Shown piece by piece: positions 34,739 to 49,900 of a stretch of DNA of 64,000 nt (position 1 is its first letter; every line of letters starts with the position of its first letter). Position numbers and translations under genes: made by a program. The notes beneath the pieces are model-generated. The model saw nothing but the letters and a program-made list of their open reading frames with translations. It had not been told where the DNA came from and did no database searches. The DNA lies in assembly GCF_022539665.2 (NCBI RefSeq), contig NC_081332.1, positions 6,696,001 through 6,760,000 on the forward strand. Direction: 5' to 3'. This DNA comes from Daphnia carinata (taxonomy: Eukaryota).

Positions 34739-37092
34739 ATGACGGAAAAAATTGAACATCCAAGTTCATGGGTTAGAACCCTCGACGTGGAAACCGAATC
34801 GCCCATCGAAGGGATGATAGTTGGTAAGTTGCATTATACAAGTTTTTTTTCGATCATTAGCTTTTGATATTGTCATGCTTTTCGGCCCTCAGGTAAAATT
34901 CCAGAATGGTTGGAAGGTTCTTTAATACGGAACGGTTCTGGAATATTTGGAATTGGAGAAACAAAAATGAATCACTTGTTCGACGTGCTATCTGTTATAC
35001 ATCGTTTTGCCATCAATGGCTATGGCCAAGGAAAGCGACTTACCAGAACCGCATTCTGCAGAGTGACACTTGCAAAGAAGTTAAAGCCGCCAATCGGCTG
35101 ACCATGCATCAGTTTGGTAAATCTAATGTGTTCCATGAGAAATCTCTACTTTTAAAGTCATTGTCGAGAATCTCTCACAGAAATCCCTGGAAGATGGGGA
35201 TGGTTAAAGATTGACACTAAGTTTTCGAGTTAAAGGAAAGGTAGGGTTTTCACTTTCTACGTTGTGTATTTGAATTTTGGCTTAAGATTGCCATGAGAGA
35301 ATTGTGCTGGGTGACGCACCACTTGAACAGAGAGAGGTTTTAAGTGAGACTGACTTGGGTGGTCACATGAGAGCCTGAAGTAAATTAGCGAAAACAAAAG
35401 ACATACGACAAACAAAAGAAAGGCCAAAAGTAGCGTGGTTTTAGGGTGGAGAAGAAGGGGTAGGCGCGAAGATGGTCAAGAGGGGGAAACTGAAGCTGGG
35501 GAGAAAAAAAACCCTTGGGGAAAGTGGAGGAAATTTGGAAAATTCCCGACAGTCATGTCTTCTAGGTACGTTTGCATTTCCCGACCCCTGTCAATCGTTA
35601 TGGGGAAGGTGTGCCATATTTTTCGTTAAATGTAAAGCGATGCAAATTCTTTAATGTTGTATTGATTTGAACCATAGGTTTATGGCACGATTGGAACCAG
35701 TGACCAAAAGGGAGAAAACGGACAATTGTAGCGTTAGCGTTTGTTACCTAGGAGACAAACTGTATGCCTTTACTGAAACTCCTCAAATTCACCAAGTTGA
35801 TGCAGAAACTCTTGAAACCGTTGGAAAAAAAGGTTGATTATCCGTAAAATGAATATTTTTTTTTTATTTAACGACTTTAAGGATGTAACATCAGCAAACT
35901 AGTGGCCGTTAACCATTCAACTGCCCACCCTCACGTTCTTGAGGATGGGACCGTTTATAACATGGGAAATTCCATAGGATCAAAAGGACCCATTTACAAC
36001 ATAATTGAATTTCCCGCGGGTACCTTAACATCCAACTAAGCTGTGCTGCGCTAAATTCATTTTATTTAAGGGGTCGGTGGATTGGATGGAGCGAAAATTG
36101 TAGCAAGCTTTCCTTCACGCTGGAAAAGAGCCGCATCCTTCTGGTGGAGAGAAAAACTGGCGAACTGGTTGAAACGGTTTATGAGGCTCCACCCTTCTTT
36201 TGCTTTCATCATGGAAACTGTTACGAGAAAAATGGCTGTATCAATATGGATATTTCACATTGCAAGGACGCCACAGTAAGCGTGTGCTACATCGTCAGCT
36301 CAGCTATTATTTGGAATGATTCATTCTTTTTCAGATTTTTACTGGTTTCAGTCTGAAAAGCTTACGTGAGAATAGAGGTGACGTTACGAATACTTATTAC
36401 ACTCGCTTCGTACTGCCGTTAGCTGTTGAGGTACTATACTTACACGGCTCATAGTGTCATCAGAACTTAATCAAAAAATTTCTCAGCCTCCTATAGATAA
36501 CGATTTTCAGGACTGCAAAAATTTAGTAGAAGTGGAAGGATAAAAATGCAAATCATACTGGCAATCAAATAAGACAATCTTTTGTGAACGCGAACGTTTA
36601 CTGGAGCAGAGCTTAGAACTTCCACGAATAAACTACGCGAGAAATGGGAAAGAGTATACATACGTATGTTTACGGAATTTCGCAGTTGTACGGTTACGCT
36701 GAATCAGAAAAGGTAGCCTAAATCAAGTACATGTCTACATTAAACGCAAATCCGTCCTGGTAAAGCTAAAACATTTTAACTACAATTTTCGGTATCCGAA
36801 ATAGATCTTAAAATTGGACCTGTATACCAGAGAAGTAAAACAATGGACTAAAGCTGGATTTAGTCCGTCGGAACCTGTTTACGTTTCGCGTCCTGAATCC
36901 ATTGAGGAAGATGATGGGGTTCTCTTATTTTCTGCAGTAGATCAGGTTAACTCAAAGAAAGTTTTACTGATAATTTTAAATGCCGCTACGTTTAAAGAAG
37001 AAACTGTGGTAGAATGTGTTGCACCTGGGATAATAACAAAAGATTTCCATGGCATATTCTCCCGAAAGGGGGACATAGTTCATGGTTACTGA
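34739..37092 (+). pseudogene. Carotenoid cleavage oxygenase (BCO/NinaB/RPE65 family) pseudogene
   Basis: Exons give GKIPEWLEGSLIRNGSG...HLFD, TDNC, STAHPH, FCFHHGNCYE, LELPRINY, SPSEPVYV...EDDGVLL and DFHGIF. Frameshift near 35020, TAA at 36541, and an apparent internal deletion near 36130. Confidence 0.88.
35162..35551. mobile_element. Solo LTR (5-bp TSD) in carotenoid-oxygenase intron
   Basis: TGTCG...CGACA termini; TSD GTCAT (35157-35161, 35552-35556). Confidence 0.9.
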
Positions 37093-38607
37093 TGCGATCC
37101 CATTCCAACATAATCCATGTTCAGCCGACTTTTTTTTTTTTTTTTGCTTTTCAATCATGTTCGTCTTTTCAAGTGAATGTTTCGCTTGTTGGCTTTCCCA
37201 ACTAGTATTGGCATTTACTTGTTATCAAAGTAGGAATTATGCGTGAATCTCCTTTGGGAAGAGAAAAGGCGATGGTGTCATGAAATGAAACGCCAAAGGT
37301 GCAACACAAATATGTTCTTCCATTATAACAATAACGCATTATCAGGAAGAAAACGACTGCACTAATATCGTTCAATAACGACACACGTTGTTAACTGAGA
37401 TACTTACTAGCTTTTTGGGCTTGGAGAATAGGATTTTTCAAATTTATGTGTCACTGCGCTTTACGTTTCTCCGGCTGTGTTCTAGCTTTTACAGTTCGCC
37501 AAGAAAAAAATTCTAAAAACATTACGCGTATCTGTAAAAATAATATAAATACTCAGCATACCAAATCAACAGTAGTGACGCGAAATTCATGAAAAAAAAT
37601 TGCGTACAGCGTAGCACAAACAGTCACAACATAGCAACCGATTTTTTTTTTTTGGGTGGGGTATGTTACTCTATGCGTATAACTATCGTAAAGGAATGGA
37701 TCGCTGAAAATCATTACCTTTAACCCTCTTCATACCTCGTATAGCCAACCGCTTTTCACAAGGGCTTACCTTTTTTTGGCGCCCTCTGTACGGCAACACG
37801 ATTCAAACAAAGACTCGCGCTCCGAGTTTCACTTGTTTTTTTATATCCAATGGCGCTGATTCGCGGTTGTCGCCTGCTTCTAATAAAGTAGGGTCGAATC
37901 CACGCGGATTTCGAAAAATAGCCACAGATGCAAGAAGGAAACCCTAACGAATTACTTAACTGCTTATATTGTACTGATAACATCATACAGTAGACAGGTA
38001 AAGTAATTCTACAACTTTCAGTCCAACGTCAGCGCTAAGCTAGCCGTCTTTTTGGATGAGACTTTTGGCTCTTGTTTTCTCCCGGTGCATTTTGGTGGTT
38101 TCTAACGGTAACGTTGGCTTTTTGTCCCGCACTGTCGTAATCAGATCGTCTTTCGTGTATGATTGTGGGATTCGTCTGGGACTATTGCTATCCAGTCTTC
38201 CCTTCAAGTTTTAATCATTTTTACTTTCTAACATCTGATGTTAAAACACTGTGTTGGCATTCTGTGCTCATCTCTTCACGGAAAACTATAGTTCTAAACT
38301 TGTGCAGTGCAGAGTGCTGTATGATCAAACGCCATGCCGCTTCTACGTCGCCAACCGTTCGTTCCTCAATCGCCACACTTGATATTCGTCCGGACAATGG
38401 CCTACTATAATAACGGCCACGCAACGCGCTATACCCCGTGCGCTGAAAACTCAATTGCCAGAGGGGCCTAATACCCCAAATGGAGCTCCACTCTCCACTG
38501 TTTGGTAACTAATGCAGAATTGCAACGAGTGGAAAAAACAGTGGAAAGTGGAACGTAGCGCCGCCCGTGGCCATGTTCAACATGTGCTATGTTTGTTACG
38601 TTTTCAG

Positions 38608-40140
38608 AGCATTTTTTGAGAGGACCATTCTTTGCAATTGCCTGGTATGGTCATGTTCCTTGACTGCAAAAAGCAATTGGACGTACCAAGAAGCCATTGA
38701 AAGTGAAAAAAAAGGCACTGCAATCTGTTAGTGTCATTACATTAGAGGTATTTGTTTTTTCTTGCATTGATAGAACACCAACTAACCTTTCTTGTCAATA
38801 GTTGAGGCAACTCTTACTTCTTGTAGCATCCCGAACATGCAGAGGGAAAGTCAATGAAGCATGTGATGATGTTTATTACTTTATGAAGACAGCTACCTCA
38901 AAAATGAGCATGTGGAAGCAGTTCTTCGTTCCAAGTGGTATCCTGCACAAGTGCTCCAGGTTGTGCCTCCAACTATTCAAGAACATGAACAGTACAAGCA
39001 AAACCAGATGATGAACTGAGCACAGAGGACAAATTGTTAATGCTAGATCAGTATGGCCTTCCGACTTAATTATTTAAATATCAAGTTAGGGAAATTGTTG
39101 ATGATAGATGCGGAACTGTTGAACCTATTCACACAGTATGTCGCTATTCACATGGTATGTCGTTTATTTTCTTGCATCTCCTTCTTTTCCTTAGTTATAA
39201 TAACACAATTTCACACTTCACAATTTTACATTTATTTTTAGGTAATTGTGGACTGCATCAGAAGTTGAACATGGACTCCGTCAAATACACACGAGATTTT
39301 TACTGGTGGAAAAACAAGGTTTGAAGAAAAAAGGGCTGTAAAGAAAGTCAACAAAAGTTTGTCAACTAGCAAGGGAGGTGAGACACCCAAAGCAGCTAAA
39401 ACACCTAAAACACCTAAAACACCCAAAACCCCATCCAGTGACAAAGACAGTAACCGTAAGAGTACACCGGGAAAAGAAACGCCAAGCAAAAAAGGCCAAC
39501 CAGACCACACGGAATGCAAAATCTGCTACCAAAAGTCCAAAGTTGGACGATGAAGCTTTGGCCAAGGAATTCATCAAGTAATTTAAAAATCATTACTACT
39601 ATGTCTCCCCCTCCCTCTTTTTTTATTAAATTTTTTTTTCCCCTTTTTTTTTTTGACTAATAAGTTGTTTAATTATCTCATTTCTTTGTTAGAATTCGCG
39701 AAGAACGTGAAAGTCTGCGGCAAATTGCTGATCTACGGAAACAGCAAAAGGTCGATGAAAAGTTACTAGTAAAAGAAAAAAAAAAGGAAGAAAAGCGAGT
39801 TATGGCTAAAAACATTAAGGTAAATTTAAAAAATTGTTCGAAAAATACCGATTTTGTTTTATATTCCGATGAAATTTAGGAATGGAACAAAATTCGTGAA
39901 GATTTGGAATGCGATGACCTTAAAGATTTGCCTTCGCCAACGCCTGTTCAATGTGCTATTCCCAATGGAATTTTCGTCGATTTCATTATGGTGTTGGAGT
40001 TTTTCTTAGCGTTTGGCGAAGAGCTGCAGTTAAAAGATGCTTTTCCTGGAGGACTCACATTCGAACTTTTAGAACGAGCAGTAGTGGAAAGTGAAGTGTC
40101 TGGTCCACTCAGTGATATTTTGCAAGCGTTGCTCAGTTCT
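38608..40140 (+). pseudogene. Acf1: Acf1/BAZ1A N-terminal fragment (WAC + DDT domains)
   Basis: FFERTILCNCLVWSCSLT...TYQEAIESE (WAC) and REDLECDDLKDLPSPTPV...FIMVLEFF...LTFELLERA (DDT), with short introns. Frameshifts present; homology stops after DDT. Confidence 0.85.
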
Positions 40141-43100
40141 TTCGTTTTTTGCCTTTTTTCTTTCGTCTTGCTCACGAGGTTCAACCTTATAGTGAGAATT
40201 TTTTTTCTTGTTTCCTAACGGATCGCCCTAGAGGTAAGAAAAACCAAAAGAGCGTAAAGAGAGAACCGAATGAGAAGAGAACTTTAAAAAAGGGGAGGGA
40301 GGACGAGAGGTAGAGGGGACGATGACTGGGGATTGGGTTTGACCACTTTGCCTCAGGTGAATTTACTTCTACCTAGCCCGAATGAGGCGTCAGGTAGTCT
40401 TCAGCTGGCAGTCTTACCAGCGAGTTCTGAAGAACGCATACCTCTGTGTTGTGGGTGCTCGCCTCGGTTATTCTGATTGCCATAGGCCTCTTTCTCTTGG
40501 TGCATTCCGGAATTATTCAAACTTCCTGAGTAATGTAGATTGGTTCCGAAATTCGACAATCAGTTACTTCCACACGAAAAGGGATCAATAGATTTAATAC
40601 AGGTAATATTATGGAATTCTTTTGCATCCACGCGTAATCAGTTGTATTAGAAAACTAGCGATTTTTGCTTTGCATTTGCCATAGACAAGTGTATAGCTGG
40701 TTAGAAAAGAAGGTATGAGTGGGACCGGAAATCGTGGTAGAACGTGTATCCCGTCGTTGCTGAGGCCAACCTGTAGTATAAATATGATTTCGTTCACGTT
40801 CAATGCTGTTGTAACGAGGCTAGTGAACTCACTTTTCCCAGGCATTATCGCCGGCGCGTGGAAAAATTTCCGCTCATTTATCTCTAGCCAAGCATTTCTA
40901 GACAAAAGGCGGGGGCGGCCTCACCGTAAAACTGAAGAAAATTTCAAAGTGAAGGCAAGTACGTGGATTGTGAGGTGTTATTGCAGTTTATTATTTTGTC
41001 TTTTCAACTCGACCTGAGTGAGCCAACATTATGGACTTTAAAAACAACACCTCCTTACCATGACAGCCATTGTTTTACTTCGACGATTCATTGGCATGTG
41101 TATACCTGTGTTCGTCTAGGGTTAGGTGTTCAAAACAAATATTTAGTGGTACGCTCTTAAGTTTGCATGAGCTCAAGTTCAACATTGGTGTTAATACGAT
41201 ACGTCGCTATTAAGAAGTTTACGTTCGTATTACGCAATGATCGTAATCGAGTCTAGTATATGCAATATGGTGTGAAAAAGAGAACGGGGTTCAATATTTT
41301 GAAAGAGACCTGCCTATATTCTATCTTTAAAGGGTGCAGTTTTTAGTTGTCACCGTTAGATTATGTAGCCTTCTAATTTGGCTTAGTACAAATGTGAAGA
41401 ATGCGAGCTTTTGCTAAAAAAATTGCTTTCCCATTTAGCTAATAATTTAACGTGCCAATCGCGGAAGTTACTTTCGTCTTTTCTACTTCCGCGAGCTGTC
41501 CTAATATGGATCGGTTTTGAATCTAGTGGAACTCACAACTGAGGGAGACATAGCGTTTTCTCCCCAAACGAACGGAATTTCCTGTCTTTAGCCGTAAGCC
41601 AAACCAAAGAATGTTTTGTTTTATTTTCTTTTTCGTCATAGAGAAGTATGGGAAAGACCTGATCCGAGAAGCTGGAAACAAAAATATTATGCTTTGAAAC
41701 GCATTACAGTTCAAATAGATATAAAGAGAAACTATTCAATGATGTTGTTAACGTGAAGGATGACTTGTGTTGTTGTTCCAGATGCGTTCCACCGTTACGC
41801 TGGCCCCTAAGACAGTGAAACTATGGTCGAGTCATAGACAGGCATTTATACGTTTATGGTTGTGATTGCAGTACAAGCGAACTGTAGCAATGCTTATCTT
41901 GATGATTTCTTTTCCTTTTACCTCGTAGTAGTAGGTATGCAACGTTTTTCAGCTAGCAGCAGGTTGCATTTTGGAACAAAAGCCAACAGGCGAGTGCAAA
42001 GTTTCCCCACCGGGCATCCAACTCTTGTGGATGAACGGAGCTCACACACGAACAAACGTGCGTATGCGAGACCTTGTGATGCCGACGACCCGCCCTCAGG
42101 CAACTTGTTTTTATCCACGCCTTTTTTTCCCCTCTTAGCTAGCTCAACATACCTGCGCCGAAAATGAGCATGCCTTTTTCATATTCACCCACCCACTCAT
42201 GCCTGCTCCTCAAACTTGTCTTCGAACTGAACAGTGGAAATCGGGTTTCCACGTCGACAAGTGGATTTCCGTGCCAACGAGTTTCGCCTGGACTCTAATC
42301 ATCGTCTATTCCGCATCCTAGCAAATAAACATAGAAATTGACGACGATTTAACGTGGACCATCTTCCGTGTTAGTCAATAAGAAAGTTCAGAACTAGGCC
42401 GTTTTTATTCGACGTTCTCAACCATGCACAGTACAGGTTGTGTGTGGCAAATATGACTTTCACCAAATAAGTTAAATCCTACCAGCTTTTTTTGTTTTGA
42501 GCGTTGTAAATCATACCACATATTCTTAAGCGGCCTCCTCAAACGTACGACTTATAAGTGAAGACAAAGTTAACAGGATGCAGTCTAGTCAATATTATCA
42601 AAGTCATTCGCTTTCCACTGGATTTCTCGTGACTCTGCATTTTTGCCCGAGTAGCAACCATAGCCTGTGCCGTAAGCTTCTATTGAACATTGGAAAACGG
42701 TTAAGGAAAATCCGTAAGGATATAAATGCCGTGGGTTCATTGCACGCAGCGCGATTGCTCGACGTGGAAAATGCGTACGCATGTCTCGCCTACGTCTTTC
42801 TATGTATAATGTGTCTTTACTGTTTTCGGTTTGGCTGCGAGTTTCTTGATATGGTTCATAGTGAAAACAGTATGGTGTGCGTTTCTGTTGCTACCTGTCT
42901 GGCTTCAGTTATTGGGTCAGACTGGAAAAAGCGGATATGGAACAGATATTGTCGGTGATTGCACAAAGAATTTTGCCGGGGTGTAAATTCGTAAAAATGT
43001 CGTGCACTTGCCAAAGTGTAATTTTGGTTTGAAGAATCACAGTTTCCAATAAGGATTACATGTTTTTAGCAAAAAAATTAGAATTTTTTAGTTCAATGGT

Positions 43101-43925
43101 GACAAAACAATCACTTTCTGATCCCAGAATCACTAATGATTCTACAATTTTATACAACTCGATAAGTAGTTTTGTACCCATGAAAATCTGCTTTCAGGAT
43201 ATGGGAACAGTTGTTGACGAATTGGATGCACTCTTTCGAATAAGTGGCACTATACGCAAGCACACTATACGAAGCAACAATTTTCGACCTTCCACGTCTT
43301 ACCTGCGTTCAGCCGCTAAGCATTATCTCCGTTTTATTCATACTTCCAATCTCGTTGATGCCTTTTTTCTGTTTCTGTTCTAAAAACACTGAAGCAGCCC
43401 ATAGCACCTTTCCATCAAAACATTTTATCTGCCAGGAATTATGTGATCTCTACGTTGACTTTGATAGCAGATCATTAGAATCTTTCAGTTTTTTCTAGAG
43501 CGAATTAATATATTCGCTCTAAACAAAACCTGGCATTAGCGAAGTATTCCCAAGAGATGTCGTGAGCAAGAATTCTTACACAGATCCCTAAGTTTATTTC
43601 GCTTTATCGACTTGCCAATTTTCGGCTTTAACTGAACTGATAGATGTGACGACCTGATCATGTTTTATGATCATATGGCTCCTTTAGGTAGACTTTCTTT
43701 GATGATAATCTAAGCGGCATCAGAAAACAGTGATATAAAAACTACAGTTGAGCTGATTTTTTTTCTCGTTTATCCGCCAGTCCTTCTAGATGACTTGAAC
43801 TGTGGGAATTATTGTAATGTTGTCTTCACGTTTACTTAGTTTCTGATTTTTTTATGATGTTTTTTTTTTTCGTTTAATCTTTATCGGCTTTATTCTCGTT
43901 TAGGGTAACACCACCTCAGGCCAAA

Positions 43926-46900
43926 ATGGGGAAAAAGAATAATCTGTTCAACACAGTGCAACGGATACGTTTCCTGGTATGCGTTTATGTATTGCTAAAC
44001 CTAGCTTCAACAAAGGGTGACACGCCAAATCCGACGAATCCGTTCTTGAATGCCCTGCCACACCTGGACAACGACGATTACACCAGTGATAATCCTTTCG
44101 AGAGACCGTGCACAGAGGCAAAGCGCGGCCTAGACCTTCCATGCACTTGTTCAAGCGGTCCCGACAACGGGACCTACATTAACTGTGACCGAATGGTCTT
44201 CCCCGGCGACTTTCCTGTCCTACCCTACCGTTACCGAATTCACGGTTTCTCACAGCGCCTCACTGGTTACCAGGCGTTCCCTGCCCAACTCTTTACGGCT
44301 AGTGATGTGCCCCTGAAGCGATTGGACCTGTCTCAAAATGGCGTAGTCCTCATTACGGAAAAACTGTTGGACGGCATTGGTGACACTCTTGAAGAAATCA
44401 ACCTCAGTCAAAATTTGCTTGGGGACCAGCTCAACCCTATCTTTTCAACGACCGAATTCCATCACCTCAAGCAATTGAAACGCATCGATCTTAGCGACAA
44501 CGATTTAAAAGCTCTAGACGATTTCATTTTTAAAGGATGTGATAAACTGCAGGTTTGTTTATATTTTTTTTCTGTTTCATTAGTTTCTTTTAAATTTGCT
44601 TTTCGTGCTGTAAACCGAACGCAGTATTTTTCTTTTACTCTAATGCAGCGTTTATGCAAATTTATTTTTAGGAGTTACGGCTGGAACGTAACAGTCTAAC
44701 ACGCGTTCCAACCGGCACCTTGAAAGAGGTGAAAACTCTACAGCGCTTGAACTTGGAACACAACAATATTGGTAACTTTGACCAGATTCTCTATTTTCCG
44801 TATACCTATCTCACCTATTACGAAACAAAAATTCTAATACGTTAAGGTTCTGATATTCATTCATTGTCCTTCAGCGTCTTATATGTAGCAGAATAGGAAT
44901 CATATCATAGAAATTTGTTATACATCAAAATTGGTCTGTCGGGATTGAAAAGGCAACAACAATGCTTGAAATAGCTTTTCGTCAAATGAAACGAAGGTTG
45001 GTATGGAAGTGAAACTGATTACTTGAAAAACCACCTCATACGGAACAGTTGATGCATATTGTACACCCGAATCATTTTTTCTATCGGCGGAGGATAAAAA
45101 GACTGGGTTCAAGACTATAGGTAAATGTAGAAAGAATGAAACTTATTCGTGTCATTGCTCGCCAGTGATATAGCATCTTCTGACGCAATCAAACTAGGCA
45201 CTAATACAGAAGTAATCCAGTTGTGTGAGCTCAGCTGTACGATCAAAGGCCATGGCAAAGAGCAATGCTCTGGGTCGTCTTCAGGTTGTACCGTTATACT
45301 GCTTTAGCTGTGTGTGAAAACGAAAGATTGTCACGACTGTGGTCTTTGTGGTAGGATGTCGTTTCGTGTTCAGATTTGAATAAAATTAATAAAATCAAAA
45401 GAACTATATAATTAAGCAAAAACCAAATTACGTAAGAATAAAGTATATGAAGCCCTACTAAAAATATCGTTTTGAATTTAAACGTGGCATTTCAAATTTT
45501 ACAATTTTTCCTTTTAAGTTTAAACTCTAATTTTTTTCTTAGCTGTATCGGTATACCTCTTAACTTAAAGAATAAACAAATTTTTCTTTATATAGGTGCA
45601 ATTGGAAATGAGGCATTTGCCTTACAGACTTCTCTCCGCTTGCTGAACATGTCGCGCAACGTTATTGCTAATATCGACATGACAGCTCTCAAAGGACTGT
45701 CTCAACTTCAAAAAATGGATCTGAGCTTCAATAAAATTTCTCGCTTGTCAGAAAGACTCTTCCAAGGTACACAGGCGAATACGCGATTATCTTTTATCAG
45801 AAATTAGTCCTTTTCTCTTACGGATGTGACGCGCTCCGCGGATATAGACGTACCCGTGCTGCAAGACGTCGACCTGAGCAACAATTTTTTGTCTTCAATT
45901 CCAACATCTTTGACTGGTTTGCCTTCCCTCAAGAGACTATCATTATCGGCCAATCTTATTCAGGTACGTTGCACATATGACAATATCCAGACTTTGATAG
46001 CCTCATTATAGGCAGTACATTTTATTGAACGACTAGAATTTGGATAGCGGTGCTTTGGGAGAACTTCCAAGCCTAGAATACCTGGACGTCTCTAGGAACA
46101 ATATTGCTGAATTGCCTAATGGCACGCTTTCTCGAATGAGCCGTCTGAAGACATTGCAGTTTAGTGTTAACACTCTTCGAAAGGTAAAAGAAAATAAACA
46201 AATTAAAAAGTTACAGCGTAGCGCCTGGTATTGGTAAGCAACTAAGACAACGAAGCCCATGCAAATAATGTGCTTCCTTTCAAGATATCACAGTCAATCA
46301 TTGTTAAATATTTTGACACGTACAAAAATTATTAAATCGTCTTTGCCCAACTTAACAGTTGGTACGGTTAAGTCAACACAACTGTACTTGTTCTAAATAC
46401 GACAAAAAAAAATGCTTATAGGAATTTTTGAATATTATTATTATCAGGTGGAAGATGATGCTTTCCGAGGATTGGACCAGCTGGAAGACCTATACCTGGA
46501 CGACAATGGTATCCTAGTGGTGCCGCAGTCCGCCTTGCGCCACGTAACCAAACTGCGCCGGCTGTCGCTCTCTTTCAACCGGATCGCCGTCGTTTCGGGT
46601 CAGCTCTTTGGTTCTACCACCGAGCTGCAACATCTGTCGCTTTCCTACAACGTTATTAGGGAACTACCGGAAGAAGCCTTCCTGCCCATAAAGTCTTTGC
46701 GGCGACTAGAGTTGCGTGGCAACCAACTAACCGCCATACAAGCCAGCACTTTCCGTAGTCTAGCACCGTCTCTACAAGAACTGGACTTGGGTCGAAACAG
46801 GATCAGTGAATTGGAGGCACTAGACCTTCCTCAAGTTCAGACTCTCAAACTGGACCACAATAATCTAACGGCGCTGAAACGCGGCCAATTTTCCAAGATG

Positions 46901-49900
46901 ACGCAACTGATTGCACTCAATGTCAGTCACAACGGTATCGACTTGGTACCTAGCGGCATCTTCCGTGGCCTTTACCGACTCCGACAGATTGATTTACGCA
47001 GCAATAATTTGGCCACTTTAGCTGTTGGTGTATTTGACGGCTTGGCTAACTTGCGAGCCGTTTACCTGCAAGATAACTTGATCCAGTTAATTGATTCGAG
47101 AACGTTCAGCCAACTGCCTCAACTACGCCTCCTACAGCTCAGCCGAAATCAAATTGCCGAAATTCGCACCAATGCTTTCGATAACCTGCCCCAACTTAGG
47201 AAAATTGTTTTGGCCAATAATCAGTTGGAGAGTGTGCCCAAAAGTCTATCGCGCACTACCAATGCCAGTATGCCGGTTGAAGTTCTCGACCTCTCAGCCA
47301 ACAAACTATCGACCATTACAGCTCGAGACTTTTTCTATTGGTCTAAGCTGGAATATGTTAGTCTTGCCCGCAACAGGATTACTTCGATCGACGAACTTGC
47401 CTTTCAGCAGCAGTCATCAACCCTTAAAACGCTTGATCTTTCACGCAACAAACTAAAGGTGCTTCCGGCTGGCTTAGTTGCAAGGGCCATCAAATTGCGA
47501 ACAATCGACGTTAGCCGCAATTTGCTAGATAGAGTTAGTCCTACTGCTTTTCACAATTCAACACAACTTCAAACGATAAACATGAGTTACAACCGGTTGA
47601 GGTCGCTGCCCGATAATCTCTTCCACGGTATCACTCGGCTTCATTTGAATTTGGAACACAATCGCCTAAACTCACTTCCATCCAGCATCTTCGATCGCTC
47701 TAAGATTCATGGCCTATTGTCCATTCACCTGGGACATAACTTTTTTGAAGAGGTGCCTATGGATGCGTTACAAAAGCAGTTCTTTCACCTGGAGTACTTG
47801 AACTTGGCTAGTAACCGCTTGCGTGTCATCCCGGCGGACAGCAACATTCTTGTTACAATTAAGACCCTCGATCTGTCTGTCAACCCCCTGACTGAAGAAT
47901 CTATTCATAACGTACTTAGTGAGCCGAAGAAGGTGAAGGATCTCAATATGGCTGCTACTGGGATTTCACGGATACCTGTTTTAGAGACGCCGTTCTTGCG
48001 GCGACTGAATCTTTCGTCGAACAAGCTGGACAACCTTAACGAAACAGTTTTTCAACGCCCTACGTTGCTAGAGATGCTGGATCTTTCCAACAACCAAATC
48101 TTAGGTAGCGGCTCCGGCCTTCTCAACATTTGGTCTCGAATGATTTTCCTAAAGAAATTGATTTTATCTGGCAATCCAATCGGTCAGATAGTCAAGGGAG
48201 ATCTTTCAAATTTATCATCACTGGAAACGCTGGAGCTAGTTGATCTAGCTTCGTGCACAAGAATAGATAGTCAGGCATTTTCCAGCCTGCCAAACTTGCG
48301 TCATCTCAAACTTTATGGCCTGCCACGTCTGGAATCGCTTCAGTCGCGCAACATTTTACAGCACATTACGACACTCGAACGAGTGGACATTGAGATCACC
48401 GAACCAACATTACAGGACCAATTAGCTCCTGCTTTTCTGCCCAGAATCCGCGAAATTCACGTCCACGGCAGGGGCGTTCTGCGTTCTATCTCTCCTGCCA
48501 CGCTAGCAGGGTTGACCAGCCCTCGCATTCTTTTTGCTCTTCACGACACGGCCGTCACCAGTTTGCCTGCTTCACTTCTTTTTCCAGTACCTATGTCGAC
48601 CGAATTGACGTTGGATTTATCCGGTACGCAGCTTCCAGTTTTCAGCCCCCAGTTCTTGACAGCTGCTGACAATCATCGCCAGTTTCTTGAGCTACGCGGT
48701 GTTCGCAAGAACCCCATTATCTGTGACTGCAATGCCCGGCCTTTTCGTCGATGGCTGAAGGCTCACGTGCCACAAAAGGGATTTCGATCTCGGCGCAGGC
48801 CGAGACAAATTCAATTAGATGATTCGTCAAGTATTCTGGTTCGGGTGTCGGCTAGTAGTGGCCCCCTTGGTCGACCTACGCATAGCAACGATACTGTCCC
48901 ACTTGTTACCAATAACCAGCAGGCTAATGATTTGGTTGCGTTTAAATTTGGCAACAACGAAGTTGAAGTGAAGAACGCAACATCGCTTTCGACCCAGCAT
49001 CCGCAGAGCATGCAAAGTGGTGTAACAACCAGCACGGAAGAATTACCAGTCACAGCAGTAGATGGAGAGGTATTTGTTGTTACCATTAACTACGAAGATA
49101 TTACGAATGAGGACGCGAATGATAGCAGTAGTTCTATCAACGATGATTTGATACTAAGTTTGCCACAAGAGCTGGCAGATGTAAGGTGTAGCGGACCAGC
49201 TGCTCTTTTAGGCATTCGCTTAATTGATATGGCCGAAGAAGATTTAAGCTGCGACGGGCTTGGACGGGGCGAAGTGGTGGTTCCATCTTCTGAAACAGAA
49301 AACACTCTGAAAGATGTCGACGTGATTGACGTAGTGGTTGCTGCTAGACCCAGTCGCCCTTTATTCACGCCTACGTACTCCTCACCGGTCCCTAGTGCAC
49401 CAAACATAACGGAGGGTGAGCCGGAAATCATTTGGTATAATGAAAATGAAGACACACACGTCTCCAGCGATTCTAACGTGCGGAACAACATTATTAGTAA
49501 AGATCGGCGATACCCGGAGCAAAAATACGGGAGTAATGCTCGCGCAGAGACTGCGTCCGGACCGGGCAGTCCAGGGCTACATCACATGGACGCCGTAATT
49601 ATCGGTATAGTGGGTGGTGTAGTTGCATTCGTTGCTCTTCTGATCATCATTATATGTTTGGTTCGACTCCGATCGGCCGCACCTTACCGTGGCGGTCCCA
49701 TGGCTGGAGCTTTAGCTCTTAGACATGACAAGTGTACTTGCGTGGGCCCTAGTAGTGGGCACCCAATGTTGTGCCACTGTCTGCCAGGGTATCCTGGCCA
49801 TGCTTTGCACGGCCCACCTTCGCTTCAGTCGCTAGCCGGCTTACCAGCATTGCCTTCGTTACCTTTACCTTTACCTCCATGCGCTCCGTCAAACAGTCGC

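Noticed and set aside
40140..41160. Several 65-100 aa ORFs after the Acf1 breakpoint
   Set aside because: No recognisable domain on either strand.
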